This document shows, one piece after another, positions 10,608-23,525 of a stretch of 64,000 bases of DNA (position 1 is its first letter; each line of letters begins with the position of its first letter). The notes below the pieces were generated by a model. The model saw only the letters and a program-made list of their open reading frames with translations. It was not told the origin of the DNA and searched no databases. This stretch comes from Amoebophrya sp. A120 (Eukaryota; Protista; Dinoflagellata): contig CAJINV010000023.1 of assembly GCA_905178155.1 (NCBI GenBank), forward strand, positions 586,289 through 650,288, given 5' to 3'. The translations under genes and the position numbers were made by a program.

Positions 10608-13600
10608 ATGGAAAAGATAGAAAAGGCCCGCGGAGGTGGTCGTGGTGTATCAAATGCAAAAGTGTCTGGGTCTGGAAACTTGTGATGCTAAAATGTGCAT
10701 GATGAAAACACTTCCGAATTCAGCCCGGCATGACAAGTTCCCAAAACGCTTTCTCATAGGCAATCCGCATGAGAAACTGCGTTTTTGCATGGCAAAAGAG
10801 GCTGCGGCTTTTGTTGGTTATGCAATACAGATTTTCTAGGTATGGAAAGTTAGCATTACAAGTTCCAATCTTCCAGACCCAGACATTTTTACAATCCATA
10901 TGGTGCCGATTTCATTGGTATTAATGCCCGCATCCAAGAACAAAATCTTCTGGTGCGCGTAGAAGTTCTCCTTTGTGCGTACATTTTATGCATCGCAAAT
11001 ACCCCTCGATGTCTGGAAAGAATGAGATTTGTATTGCTAATTTTCGATCAACATACAAAAACCTGTATCGTATGAGCAGCAAAAGGCTGCACTCAGATTG
11101 TTGCCACCCGAACAAGAGGGCATTTCTCATGCAGGATAGGCATAGGGAAACCTTCGTAGTAAAAGCTGTGATGCTAGAGCGTATGCATCACAGACATCGC
11201 GGGTCATGCACAATTTGCATGACAAATTGCCCCAATCTTCCAGACCCAGATCGATATTTGCAATGGATACATATCTCTTTGGTACAACATTGCCCCAACC
11301 TCGGGTGGTCGTGGTAGTATCAAATGTAAAAATGTCTGGGTCTGGAAGAATGCAACTTGTGATGCTGCGTCTGCATTATCTAAAAATCTGTATTGCATGA
11401 ACAGCAAAAGAGGTCTGGTTTTGGCCACGGCGAGCGGGCATTTCTCATGCGGTATAGGCATCAGAAAGCCCTCACGAGATCTGTGATGCTAGGGCATGCA
11501 TCGCAGACATCAGGAGTCATGCAAAATGTGCATGACAAACCTTGCATCCTTCCAGACCCAGACATTTTTACACTTGATAGGTAGTACAACTACACAAGAG
11601 TATCCTATCCAACAAAAAAACTGTGTAGGTGTAACATTGTACGGAAGAGGAAGAGCAGCATCTTCACAAGTTCGTTTTGCATAATTACAGGCGGGAAATA
11701 AACCTGTCATGCGCAGCTAGTAGCAGTGGAAACGGGCGTATGAAGGTGGCCTATGAAGACCGCAGAAATTCAGCATGAAAAGTGACAACTGTTGTACATA
11801 ATTCTGCATCACAGATTTAGTGCACTCACATAGTCTTATTTTTCTTGGATACATCCTCGAGTGGGGCGGCTCCGGTTCCTATCAAAATGAAAAAAGCCCC
11901 CACTCCATATCAAATGGGAAATCTGTGATGCAGGATCTGTGTACACAAATGCGCGCTGCCTTGCAATACGGCATCGCAGCCAGGTCCGCAGCCTCGGGAG
12001 GGACATTTGGGTCTAGGTGCTTAGCATTACAAACGGCTGTCCTAAAGGCCCAACAGCATGCCAAACCGCTTTTCTATAATGGGGCGGAAGCTTCTGCACT
12101 TGTCCGCTATGCAAGACAGACGTGATTTGTGGTCTCAAATCAGCAAGACAAATTTTCGGAAGCTGCATGCCTTTTCGATATTCGGACGAGGGGGGATTTT
12201 TCCTCTCCATAGTTCCACACGGCAGTCTATCAACTGTAAAAATGTCTGGGTCTGGAAGAATCGATGTTTGTCATGCTTGTCTGGCATGAGTCTTAAATCT
12301 GTCATGCACGTTACCCAGGAGCTCTATTTTTCTGTGATGCAGAAACGCAGTCTGTCATGCAGAATAGGCAACACCTAGAAGCTCAGAAACTTGTCATGCG
12401 GAGCCAGCATTTGTAGCCCCATTATGAGACGCCGCCCAGCATCACAAGTTTCCAGACCCAGACACTTTTACATTTGGTACAGTCCTGGAGCGGTTCCGAA
12501 AAGACCACCGTATCAAAAGCAAAAATGTCTGGGTCTGGAAACTTGTAATGCTGCGTTGGGAATAGTGAATGCTCTGTACTGCTGCACAGCCAAGCATGAG
12601 AAATATCTGCGCTTCTTTGTGTTGCGTGTTTCGCATGACAAACTGCGTTTTTGCATGACAGGCAAGAGGGTCTCTTCTGTGACACGCATCACAAACTTTT
12701 TGGTCATGCCAGACAAGCATGACAACTCTCCCAATCTTTCAGACCCAGACATTTTTGCATTTGATACACGGGAAGATATCGCGACAAAAAAATGCTTCAC
12801 GGTAACCAATTTGATGGCAAGTTTTGCATCAACACAAGTTTGTCCTACATGCCAGAAAAAATTTCAATTTGCCAATCGATGTCCGTAAACGGAAATAATA
12901 AACACGGCGGTTGCAGCAATGATAAACATAAATGCGTTAATATCTTGCATGTTGTGTGGCAAGACAAACACTTCTGTGATCATGCATTTTCATCTGCGTC
13001 ACAAGTTCATATACAGTGAAACACTTTTTTCTCATTTATAAAAGACGGTGAAGTCCTATCCAAGGAAAAAACTGTGTTAGTGTAACTTCTTTGGAGGAAT
13101 AGCATCACAAATTTGCTCTGCATGACAGAGAGAGCCTGTCATGCGCGCCTAGTACGTGAAAACACGTACGAAAAGAGCTTCTGATGCATGTCCAGCATGA
13201 CACGTGTAACTGTTTTGCATTTTCTGCATCACAGACTTACACTTACACAGTTTTTTTCTTGGATAAGTCCTACTACGAGGTTTTGACTCGAAACGCTACA
13301 CCCTCATATGCATTGCAAATATGTCTGGGTCTGGATCTGGAAGTAGAATGCATGTTTGTCATGCTTGTCTGGCACGACTGAAGAGCTTGTGATGCGTGTC
13401 CAAGAAGAGACCCTCTTGCTTGTCATGCAAAACGCAGTTTGTCACGCGGAAACCGCAGCACTAAGCGGCGCAAATATTTCTCACGCTAAGCTGTGCATTA
13501 CAGAGAACTCACTATTCACAAATCAGCATTACAAGTTTCCAGACATCCAGGGATATTTGCATTTGATACCTCAACCGTTCTCGCGACATTTGCGGAAGGG

Positions 13601-16600
13601 GCGCCGCTATCCTGTGCAAAAGTATCGTAGTCGTACTAATTGCAGTATATGCATGACAAATCTTCTTTTCAAAGTAAAACAGCATGACAAATTCCATTTC
13701 TCATGCTGAGCAAATTTGTAATGCAATTCGTACTAGTACGATACTTTTGCAGTTCATAGCCGCGTCACCTATTACAGTGAAAAATGTTCCCATCCCCAAA
13801 GTCGCAAAAATTTGTGATGCATAAGGTTTTCAAATGAAGAACTTTTTATCTATGCGTGAAAGGAGTATGAACCTTTCTGCTGCAAAATCTCGGCGTGTAT
13901 CGCATCGCTTGCATGACAAGCGCCACTCTTGCTGGGGTCTTTTGCAATGCAAAATTTTTCTATTCACGATTGGAGACCTGTGATCTTCATGCTGATAGCT
14001 GCAAGAGGGCGAATGTTTCATTTGGAAAGGTTTGCAACACAAATGCTTCTCAGTTCGGGGGTGGGGGCATTTTTCACTTTGATATCACCTATCGAAAGGA
14101 AAAATCTCCCCACCCCATACCTAAACTAAAAATTTGTGATGCAGATTTGTGGTCACAAATCAGCTTTGTCATGCTAGAAGGGAAAAGATGCGGACTGTAG
14201 TGCTGGTTGGCGTGGGAAAGCCTTGCATCTTCAGCATGACAGGGGGCAGCTGGAGGAGGGAAACAGCATGACAAATTTCCTGCAAAGGAGGCCACAGCTG
14301 CGTCTCTTGGTCTTCTAGCATTACAAGTCGATTTGTGTACTCAAATACAGCATCACAAATTTCGTTTTCGATATGGGGAGGGGGGATTTTTCACTTTGAT
14401 ATCACCGTGTTGCGGTTTATCGGGACGCGACCACGTTCGCGAGCGGCATTATTGTATGCATTGCAAATATGTCTGGGTCTGGAAACTTGTAATGCGAAAG
14501 GTGAATGAGAGTTCCATTGCAATACGCAGCCACGCATGACAAATTTTTGGGCTCCTATGTGTTGCGTGTTCCGCATGGCAAGCTGCGTTTTTGCATGACG
14601 GGTAAGAAGACCGTTTGGTGCCCATGCATCACAGATTCTTGAGTCATGTCAGACATGCATGACAAATGTAGCAATCTTCCAGACCCAGACACTTTTGCAT
14701 TTGATACATTGTCCTCCAAGACGGGGGGCAAGAGGAAAGCCGCATCGTCGCAAATGTATTGCGAGGAAAAGTCCCCCCTCCCCATATCGAAAAGGTATGT
14801 TTCTGAAATTTGTGTTGGTGATTTGAGACCAGAAATCACGTCTGTCTTGCAAGAAGACAAGTGCAAAGGCTTCCGCGCCATCATGGAAGCGATTTGGCAT
14901 GCTGTTGGGCCTTAGGGGAGAGCCGTTTGTAATGCTAGACAACTAGACCCAAGCGCCCCTATCTAGGCTGAGGATCTAGCTGCAAGGCCTTACTGCAAGA
15001 CAGCGCGCGTCTGTGTACGGAAATCCAGCATCAGAAACTTCGTCATGATACGGGGTGGGGGGATTTTTCCCGACAATAAAATGGAGGCTGCGTTCTGACG
15101 TCCCTGGTGCCCCGCGGAACCTACAGCTCCAAGCCTAGCAGCGGCGCGGCTGCTCCTTATCAAAAGGAAAAATCCCCCCTCCCCAAATCGAGAAGGACAT
15201 TTGTGATGCTGGATTTGCGTACACAAATCAGATTTGCCTTGCAGTGAGGGACTCACTGCAGGCTTATATCAAGCCGAAGTGGAGAGGTCTTGGCCTAGGC
15301 GCTCAGCATGACAAAAGTCCATGCTGTAGGCCCAACAGCATCTATCACAAACCGCCCGCATAATGCGTGGGGGCCTTTTGGGTTTGCCTTCTTGCAACAC
15401 AGACACGATGTGTGACCACAAATCAGCATCACAAATTTCCAACAGTATAGCTTTTCAGTGTAGTGGGAGGGGGGATTTTTCCTCACAATACTCCGCCGAC
15501 GGTGGTCCCCGGTAGCGTCCTCGCCATGGCAGCAACTTGGACCGATATGGATTGCAAATATGTCTGGGTCCTCTGGAAACTTGTAATGCTCAAAGTGAAT
15601 GATAGACTTACTGCAATAGCAATAGGCAGCTATGCATGACAAATTTTTTGGCTGCCATGTCTTACGTCTTCCGCATGGCAAACTGGGTTTTTGCATGACA
15701 GGTAAGAGGGCCTTTTCGTGCCTATGCAACACAGATTCTCGAGTCATGCCAGACAAGCATGACAAACTTGCATTCTTCCAGACCCAGACATTTTTACATT
15801 TGATAACCGAGGGCTTGTGGCACTTTGTCGCCGAGGCATTTACGGGACTCTCTTCGCTGCCGGTAACAGAGGCAGGCGCAGTCGAGATCAGCGCGGACGC
15901 GCGGCGGGTAGGAGTGCATATCAAATGCAAAAGTGTCTGGGTCTGGAGAAGTGTAGACTTCTCATGCCGATTTTTATATGATCCATGTTGTCTGGAGTGC
16001 AGGACCTAGCATGACAGCTTCTGTGAGATCCCTATCATGCCTATCCTGCATGAGAAACTCCCTTTCAACTTGGTCAAAAGTATACCGCTTTTGGGACTCA
16101 TGCAACAAAGATTTTTGCATGCTCCAGATTTACCATGACAAGTTGCAATCTTCCAGACCCAGACATTTTTGCAATTCATCGTGCACATCGTGGAACAAAC
16201 CGCGGTATCAAATGTAAAAATGTCTGGGTCTGGAAGAGTACAAACGTGTGATGCGCATTTCAGAACACAGAAAAATCTCTCATGCATAGGCAGCAAAAGT
16301 TCCCACTTTCTGTTACCAAAGGCAGGGATTTGTCATGCGGATTCGGCATTGCGGAGGCTTCTCGAAACTTGTGATGCTAGAGCTTCCATGCCAGACCTTC
16401 TGTGTCATGCAGAAACAGCATCACTCTTCCAGACCCAGACATTTTTACACTTGATACGCGGGAGGACCTCGGGGAGCCGGGACGGGGCGGTGGGAGCTGA
16501 AAAGCACGACGCTAACAAAAGGAAAAATCGCCCCTCCCCATATCGAAATGGAAATCTGTGATGCGGGACTTGTGTACACAAATCGGATTTGTCTTGCAGT

Positions 16601-19026
16601 AGAGGACTGCGGACAGATACGAACCCGGAGTAGGGAGATTTTGGTGTAGGCGCCTAGCGAGGCAGGCAGGTACTCCGTAGGCCATACAGCATTACAAATT
16701 GCCTGCAGAACGCGGCGGGGTTTTTGGATTTGCTTTCATACGGAGACGATTTGTGGCCTCAAATCAGCATCGCAAATTTTCAGAAGTGTCCCGCTTTGGT
16801 ACGGGGAGGGGGGATTTTTTCTCACAATAGACGCCGAATTCTCCCCTGTTTGTGCATCTGTCGCGGAAGAGCCCCTTCGCGGTGCAGTTCCTGCGGGCCC
16901 TGGGGGTGAACCAGTCCCAGCTGGTCTACGGCAGGATCTTATCGTAAGGAAAAATCTCCCCTCCCCATATCGAAAAGGAACGCCTCAAAAAATTTGTGAT
17001 GCTGATTTGTGACCACAAATCGTGTCTGTCTTGCAAGAAGGCAACGGCATCCGCTCCGCCCCATTATGCAGTCGGTTTGTAATGCTGTTGGTCCTAGAGC
17101 ATAGGCGTTCCCCATGCTAAGTGCCTAGGCCAAAACCTCTGCGCACTGGCATGATATCGGCCTGCAGTCCCCTACTGCAAGGCAAATGTGATTTGTGTAC
17201 GCAAATCCAGCATCAGAAATTTTGTTTTGATATGGGGTGGGGGCTTTTTTCACTTTGATAGATCTCGGCGCAAAGGCTTGTCGTCCCCGAAATGGGCGAG
17301 TGTGGCAATCCCTCACCCGGCCACGCACAATGGCTTCGCCAGTTCCTGCAGCGAAATTTGGTGGACGCAGCCGACCAGAAAGAAGTCGGGTCGCGGCGAC
17401 TCCTGGTTCTCATTCGCAGGCGGGGGAGCCGCCCGGTGCGCAATTGGGCCGCAGTGGAGGAAGTTGGCACCCGGTACGCGGACCGTATCAAATGCAAAAA
17501 TGTCTGGGTCTGGAAGAGTGCGCAACTTGTCATGCAGATTTTCCATGACTCATGAGGTCTGGAATGCAGGAACTAGCATGACAGATTCTGTGAGATCTCT
17601 GTCATGCCTATCCTGCATCAGAAACTCCCTCTACATGAGGTCAAAAGTGGACAACTTTTGGTAAGCATGCAACACAGATTTTTACAGGATGCAGACTTAG
17701 CATGACAAGTTGCAACCTTCCAGACCCAGACATATTCGCAATGCATAGACCGACACGGACTGCAAGTCTACGTTCATAGCGGCACCGGTTCTCTCCAGAA
17801 ACATATCGAAAGGAAAAATCCCCCCTCCCCATATCAAAACGAAATTTCTGATGCTGGATTTGTGTACACAAATCCGAGCTGTCTTGCTGGAGAGCACTGC
17901 AGGCCCATACCAAGTGTGGGTAGACGAAAGGTTTTGGCCTAGGCGCTTATACATGAAGAACATCCGCGCTGTAGGCCCAACAGCATGACCACAAACCGCC
18001 TGCACAATGCGGCGGTTGCCTTCTTGCAAGACAGACGCGATTCGTGGCCACAAATCAGCATCACAAATTTCCAAAAATATGCCTTTTCGGTATGGGGAGG
18101 GGAAGTTTTTCCTTTTGATAAAGCAGGCGGCTGCGTTTGCGGCCGCGCACACCATTGTCGGCCCGCACGGCGCCGGCTTAGTGTTTATGGCCGCCGCGCT
18201 ACCCAAGAAAAAAACTGTGTTAGTGTAACTTTCTTGAAGGAAAAATAGCATGACAAGTTTGCTCTGCATGACACAGAAAACCTGTCATGTGGAGCTAGTA
18301 TCAGTGAAAACACGTACGAAAAGAGCCTCTGATGCATGTGTCTAGCATGACAGGTGATAAGTGTTTTACATACGTCTGCAACACAAAGTTACACTTACAC
18401 AGTTTTTTTCTTGGATACGCGCCGCCCGGGGTGCGCATTGTGGAGTTCATGCGGAACCAGTTGAATTTGTGCTACGCGCGCTTGTATGCATTGCAAATAT
18501 CCCTGGACGTCTGGAAGGATGCAACTTGTGATGCTGCGTCTGAACTCTACAAAAATTTGTATTGCATGAACAACAAAAGAGGTCCAGTTTTTGCCACGGC
18601 GAGAGGGCATTTCTCATGCGATATAGGCATCAGGAAGCCCTCAAAAAATCTGTTATGCTAGGGCATGCAAAGCGGACATCAGGAGTCGTGCAAAATGTGC
18701 ATTACAATCCTTGCATCCTTGCAGGCCCAGACATATTTGCAATTCATAGCTTGGCGCTCTACTTGAGCGCGGACTACCAGTGCATTCCCTACATATCCTG
18801 TGCAAAAGTATCGTACTCGTACGTTGTAGTAAAAATCTTCGCAGTTATGCATTACAAATCTAGTTGGTTAGGTAAATCCGCATTACAAATTTAATTTGTA
18901 ATGCTGAGCCAATTTGTATTGCGATTTGTACTAGTACGATACTTTTGCAGTGCATACTACAAAGACGGCGGCAATGTCTCCATTGCCCTGCTGGAGGAAT
19001 CGCTCAGCAAATGGACAAGACAATAA
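10608..19026 (+). CDS. Glycosyltransferase family 61 (DUF563)-like protein, 26 element interruptions
   Basis: Rebuilt frame contains TEGLWHFVAE, FLRALGV, LVVPEMG, LVLIRRRGSRPVRNW, QAAAFAAAHTIVGPHGAGL, IVEF...CYARL and ends at TAA 19024-19026. One junction (15158) needs a 4-nt rather than 5-nt removal. Start codon uncertain. Confidence 0.82.
13608..13758. mobile_element. Family E TIR element (~150 bp); representative copy
   Basis: Ends TATCCTGTGCAAAAGTATCGTA / TACGATACTTTTGCAGTTCATA; flanks GCCGC/GCCGC. Others: 1377-1537, 18794-18956, 55531-55675, and a degenerate copy ~6127-6566. Confidence 0.9.
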
Positions 19027-19412
19027 AAGTATCAAATGTAAAAATGTCTTGGTCTGGAAATTTGTGATGCTTCTTGGCGTATCATGAGGAGGCCACAAGT
19101 GCTGGCTCAGCATGACAAGTTTCTGAGCTTCCAGGTGTTGCCTATTCTGCATGACAAACTGCGTTTCTGCATGACAGAAAAGTGCTGGCGCTCTTGGGTA
19201 ACATGCATGACAGATTTGAGAGTCATGCCAGACAAGCATGACAAACATGCACTCCTCCAGACCCAGACATTTTTACATTTGATAAAACAGGTCCGAATCG
19301 AAAAATGGACAAGAAAAGTTGTGAAATATTAAAAGTTTTACTCCGATGAACAAAGCATAGGTCTAGATTTACCGGGCGCCGAACTTCTCGCACAGAACCT
19401 GCACAGACCTTG

Positions 19413-20460
19413 TCAGGCCGCCGCGCGCAAAAGTTGGCGCAGAGTAAAAACTGCAAGAACGCTTTTCATTTTCTCCGGATCATGTTCATGGTGCATGTAC
19501 TGCATAGACCACGACGGCCTTCTTACTTTGTTCTGGCGACATTCTATCAGATGCAAATAGGTCTGGGTCTGGAAAAGTGCCAGGTTTATCATGCACATTT
19601 TCCATGGTCCGTGATGGCTGTGATGCTTGGCGTGGCGTCACAGCTTCTGCGACGGCTTTCTGATGCTCATACTGCATGAGAAATGCTCTCTCCGCGCAGC
19701 AAAAATTGAAGCCCTTTGTTTGCTGTTCATGCAATACAGATTTTATGTACAGTCCAAGGATAGTATTACAAGCTGCATCCTGCCAGACCCAGACATATTT
19801 GCAGCTGATGATGCACTCGTGAGTTCCCGCGTGGTGGAGGTGGGTCTCGAGTTGCTTAGTACTTATGCGAAGAAAAAAGTGTTACAGTTACACATTGTGT
19901 TGCAGGGCCAGCATGACAGACCACCTCTGTCATGCCGGATATGCATAGGAGCCTCGTTTCATAGGTGTTTTATTCCCGTAGGATTCCTGCATTACAAGTT
20001 TTCTCTCTCATGCAGAGAAATTTGTGTTGCCGAATTGACTACAAATGTGTAACTGTAACATTTTTTTCGTGGGATAGTAATCGTGAACAGTTCAGTGGTC
20101 CGCGAGATGCCGTTTTCCTCAGGATCTGACGTCGTGTAACTCTCATGCTGGGAAAACAGCATGAGACTATCCTGAGTAAAAACGTACCCACACCAGAGTC
20201 AGGATGGGGATTTTGCAACACAGACCTAGGAGTTTTGTGAGTCACGCATGACAAGCTGCACTCTGCAGTGTAGTGCAGGTTAGCAAGTGCAGCCGCGTCA
20301 CAGATTCATCCGCTCATCCTGTTCACAGCATCACAAATTCCAAAACACGATTGGAAATGGCTCTCATGGGGATGCGCGTTACAAGTCTTCCATTCCTGTC
20401 TTTGCAAATCTGCATTACAACTCTGGTGTGGGGACGTTTTTACTCAGGATAGAGACGCAT
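19413..20460 (-). CDS. Short hypothetical protein, 3 element interruptions
   Basis: One minus frame stays open across elements 19545, 19864 and 20168 (MRLMLFSQHESY...LRQLLRAAA*). No recognisable motif. Confidence 0.3.
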
Positions 20461-20655
20461 GTTGACATAGTGACGACGAGATGAACTTGAACTGGTTTAA
20501 AAATATTTAAATACGTATGCAAATATCAACATGGTTTTTTTTTCCACCTTTTTCCGTATGCTAGAAGAACCACTTCGGGCCCGAAGAGAAGCGGCACTAC
20601 CGGCGCCACGGTCTCAATCGAAGAGCAGGGCGCCCGCGCTTCATTAAGTGGGCGG

Positions 20656-22642
20656 CTACGGCAGTCTTCGTGCATCAACTCCCTGCCCTAGAACTCTATC
20701 AAATGCAAATATGTCGGGGTCTGGATGACGAGTCCAGAAGTTTGTCATGCAGATTTCAGATGCCCCGCGGGGTCTGGAATGCAGGATCCAGCATGCATGA
20801 TCACAGGTTTGTTCGCAACGGCTTTGCAATGCGTATTCCGCATGTGAAATGTAGTCTTAGCACGGCCAAAAGAGGGCATCTTGTGCTACTCGCGCAAGAC
20901 AAATTTTTGTGTGACGTACAGCATGCATCACAAGTCGCACCCTGCCAGGAGAACCAGACATATTTGCATTTGATAAACCCCGTGCGTCAGTCTATGTTGT
21001 CTCGTGGACCGCTTGTGAGCGCTGCTGTCTTATCAAGTACAAAAATGTCTGGGTCTGGAAGATTGCCAGGTTTGTCATGCGTATTTTGCATGTTGGCCCA
21101 CGATGCCTGTAATGCATGACCTAGCGTCACAGATTTTGCGAATGCTTTCTGATGCGTATTCCGCATGCGAAATGTCTCTCCGTGTAGCACAAACTGGACT
21201 CCTTTTGCTGGTCTGCCACTCTAACGGTGCCTCACATCGGGTCCGACCCCCGTTAGAGCTTGACCCTATCCCCCCGAGGTCATGCCCAGAGGCATTGGTC
21301 GTAAAGGGGGTACAGTGGTTGAGGGGTAAAAAAGGTCATGCAATACAAATTTTTTTGGAATCCGAAGACAGCTTCACAAGTTGCAAAAATCTTCCAGACC
21401 CAGACATATTTGCAATGCATATGTCCTCCTCGCTGCAGCTGGAACGGCAGAGGTTGCAGCTCAGACGGAGTATCAAAAGGAAAAGTCCCCCCTCCCCATA
21501 TCGAAACGAAATTTCTGATGCTGGATTTGGATACACAAATCAGCTTTGTGTTGCAGTAGAGGACTGCACGCAGATCCGGAGCCGAGGTGCGGGCCTTTTG
21601 GTGTAGGCGCCTAGCATGGTAGACGGCTGGGCCCCTGTAGGCGTCACAGCATTACAAATCGCCTGCACGACGTAGCGGACGGCCTGCGTGTGTCTGCTTG
21701 CAAGACAGACCCGATTTGTGGCCACAAATCTGCATCACAAATTTCCAGGAGGATGCGCTTCCAATATGGGGAGGGGGGATTTTTCCTTGCAATACGGAGG
21801 AGCTCTTTGTTTGGGAATATTTTGGTAATGTCTCGGCGCGGCCAACCGACGTGGTGTTGCAGAAATGCCGGCACATAGTTATGCATTGCAAATATCCCTG
21901 GATGTCTGGAAGGTTGCAACTTGTGATGCTGTCCCTGCATTTTAAAAAAATCTGCATTGCATGACCAGCAAGAGGAGTCCACTTTGTGCTACTTGGAGAC
22001 GGCATTTCTCATGCGGAATAGGCATCAGGAGGCCCTCTAAGAGTCTGTGATGCAGATGCTAGGTTATGCATTACAGGCGTCAGGGGAGGTCATGTAAAAT
22101 TTGCGTGACAAGTCTCGCAATCTTCCAGACCCAGACATTTTTGCTGTTGATAAGAGTCTCGGCATACGAACAAAACTTTGCCTGCACGAGTGGCACTTAT
22201 CCCACGAAAAAACTGTTTCACTGTGAACTTGTGATGCATAGAATGGAGCACACAGCTATTTGTCTTGCGACACATGCAAGACATCGGTTTTTTTAACGTG
22301 TTTTCCCTTAGGGAACACGCATGGCAGGTTTTCTTGGTCATGTGTAACGAACTTGTAATGCAAAACTTGCCAGATCCTTACAGTGAAACACTTTTTTCGT
22401 GCGATAGCACTGGCGCCGCGTGTAATAATACTAGCGAGGAGGTGTGGGTCGACGGCGGGGAAACGGAGATCCAGGAAGATGTTGTACGGTTTCCGCGGCT
22501 GCTGTTCGGCGATATTGTCAATATGTGCGCTGTTGACCCGGAATGCCAAGCGATTGCCGACCCGGGCTGTGAGGGATTCAACTCCCTCGCGGATCACAGA
22601 ACCTGGTATCCTCAGCAAATAAAACAAAGCCCGCGCAATCAT
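20656..22642 (-). CDS. Hypothetical protein, 5 element interruptions
   Basis: Minus frame is open across elements 22198, 21880, 21471, 21031 and 20697 (MIARALFYLLRIPG...GKVLFVCRD...DARRLP*). Two repeat mismatches are synonymous in this frame. Confidence 0.5.
21214..21333 (+). mobile_element. 120-bp SINE-like/retroposed structured sequence nested in a family A element
   Basis: A6 tail, GGTC duplication, internal hairpin CTCTAACGG/CCGTTAGAG. Confidence 0.5.
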
Positions 22643-23525
22643 GTCGCCCAAAGTCAATGATTTACATACTTTGAGAACAACCTACTAGCAACACAAGTAC
22701 ATCAGAAGTTGTTTCAGAGTCACGCATGTAGTTGACATCAAGCTCCCCGCGCTTGCATTTTCGTGCAGTTCATCGGAAAGGACATCCGTGGATCTTCTTC
22801 ACAAAGCCGTGTCCTCATCGTGCTCGTGCTCGCTGTCGATTTACTTTTCCATCAGTGTAGCTTACAAATTATGCCAAAACAGAAACACGGTTGGCAATGT
22901 CTCCTTAACATGGGGGCGCACGTTAGAAATGTTTTGGTTGACAAACCAGAATCTCAACTACGCCCCTTTGCCTCCACGTTTAGGCAAAAGAAACGCCCCA
23001 ACGTCGACCCCGACGTCCCACCTTCGGCACCGTTTAGGCTTAGGGGTCAGGGTCTAGGGTTTGGGGTTCAGGTCGTCGGACAGGGCAGCCGCCGCCGGCC
23101 GGACGGCCGGCGGCGGCTGCCCCGGCCGACTCCGGCTTGCTCATGGTAGCTGGCGGCCCCCTGGTATGAAACTTCAACAGATTTCGCGGCCGGGAGATGA
23201 TGGCGACGGCGCCTCGGTGCCCGCCTGACCTACCCTCCCTGCGTGACAGCCGTCTGCGGCCGTTTGCAAAGGTGGAGGCAAAGTGTTTCGCACTTCTGTT
23301 TAGCATGACAACTCTGGGGCTCGTTATGTTGGACACAGTGGCCGGGAGATGATGGCGATGGCACTTCGGTGTCCGCCTGATCCATCCGCCCGGCGTCTCA
23401 AGCCATCTGTGGCCATGGTGTAACTAATGAGGGGCTGCAAGTGGTGCAACCAAGGCGTGGTCCTACATTTATTTGTTTAGCATGATGACAACTCTGGCCG
23501 GGTGGGGACGTTTTTACTCAGGATA

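Noticed and set aside
10648-18956. CRISPR-like repeat/spacer appearance
   Set aside because: Repeats are inverted pairs bounding 150-340-bp elements, the apparent spacers are exons of variable length, and no cas genes are present.
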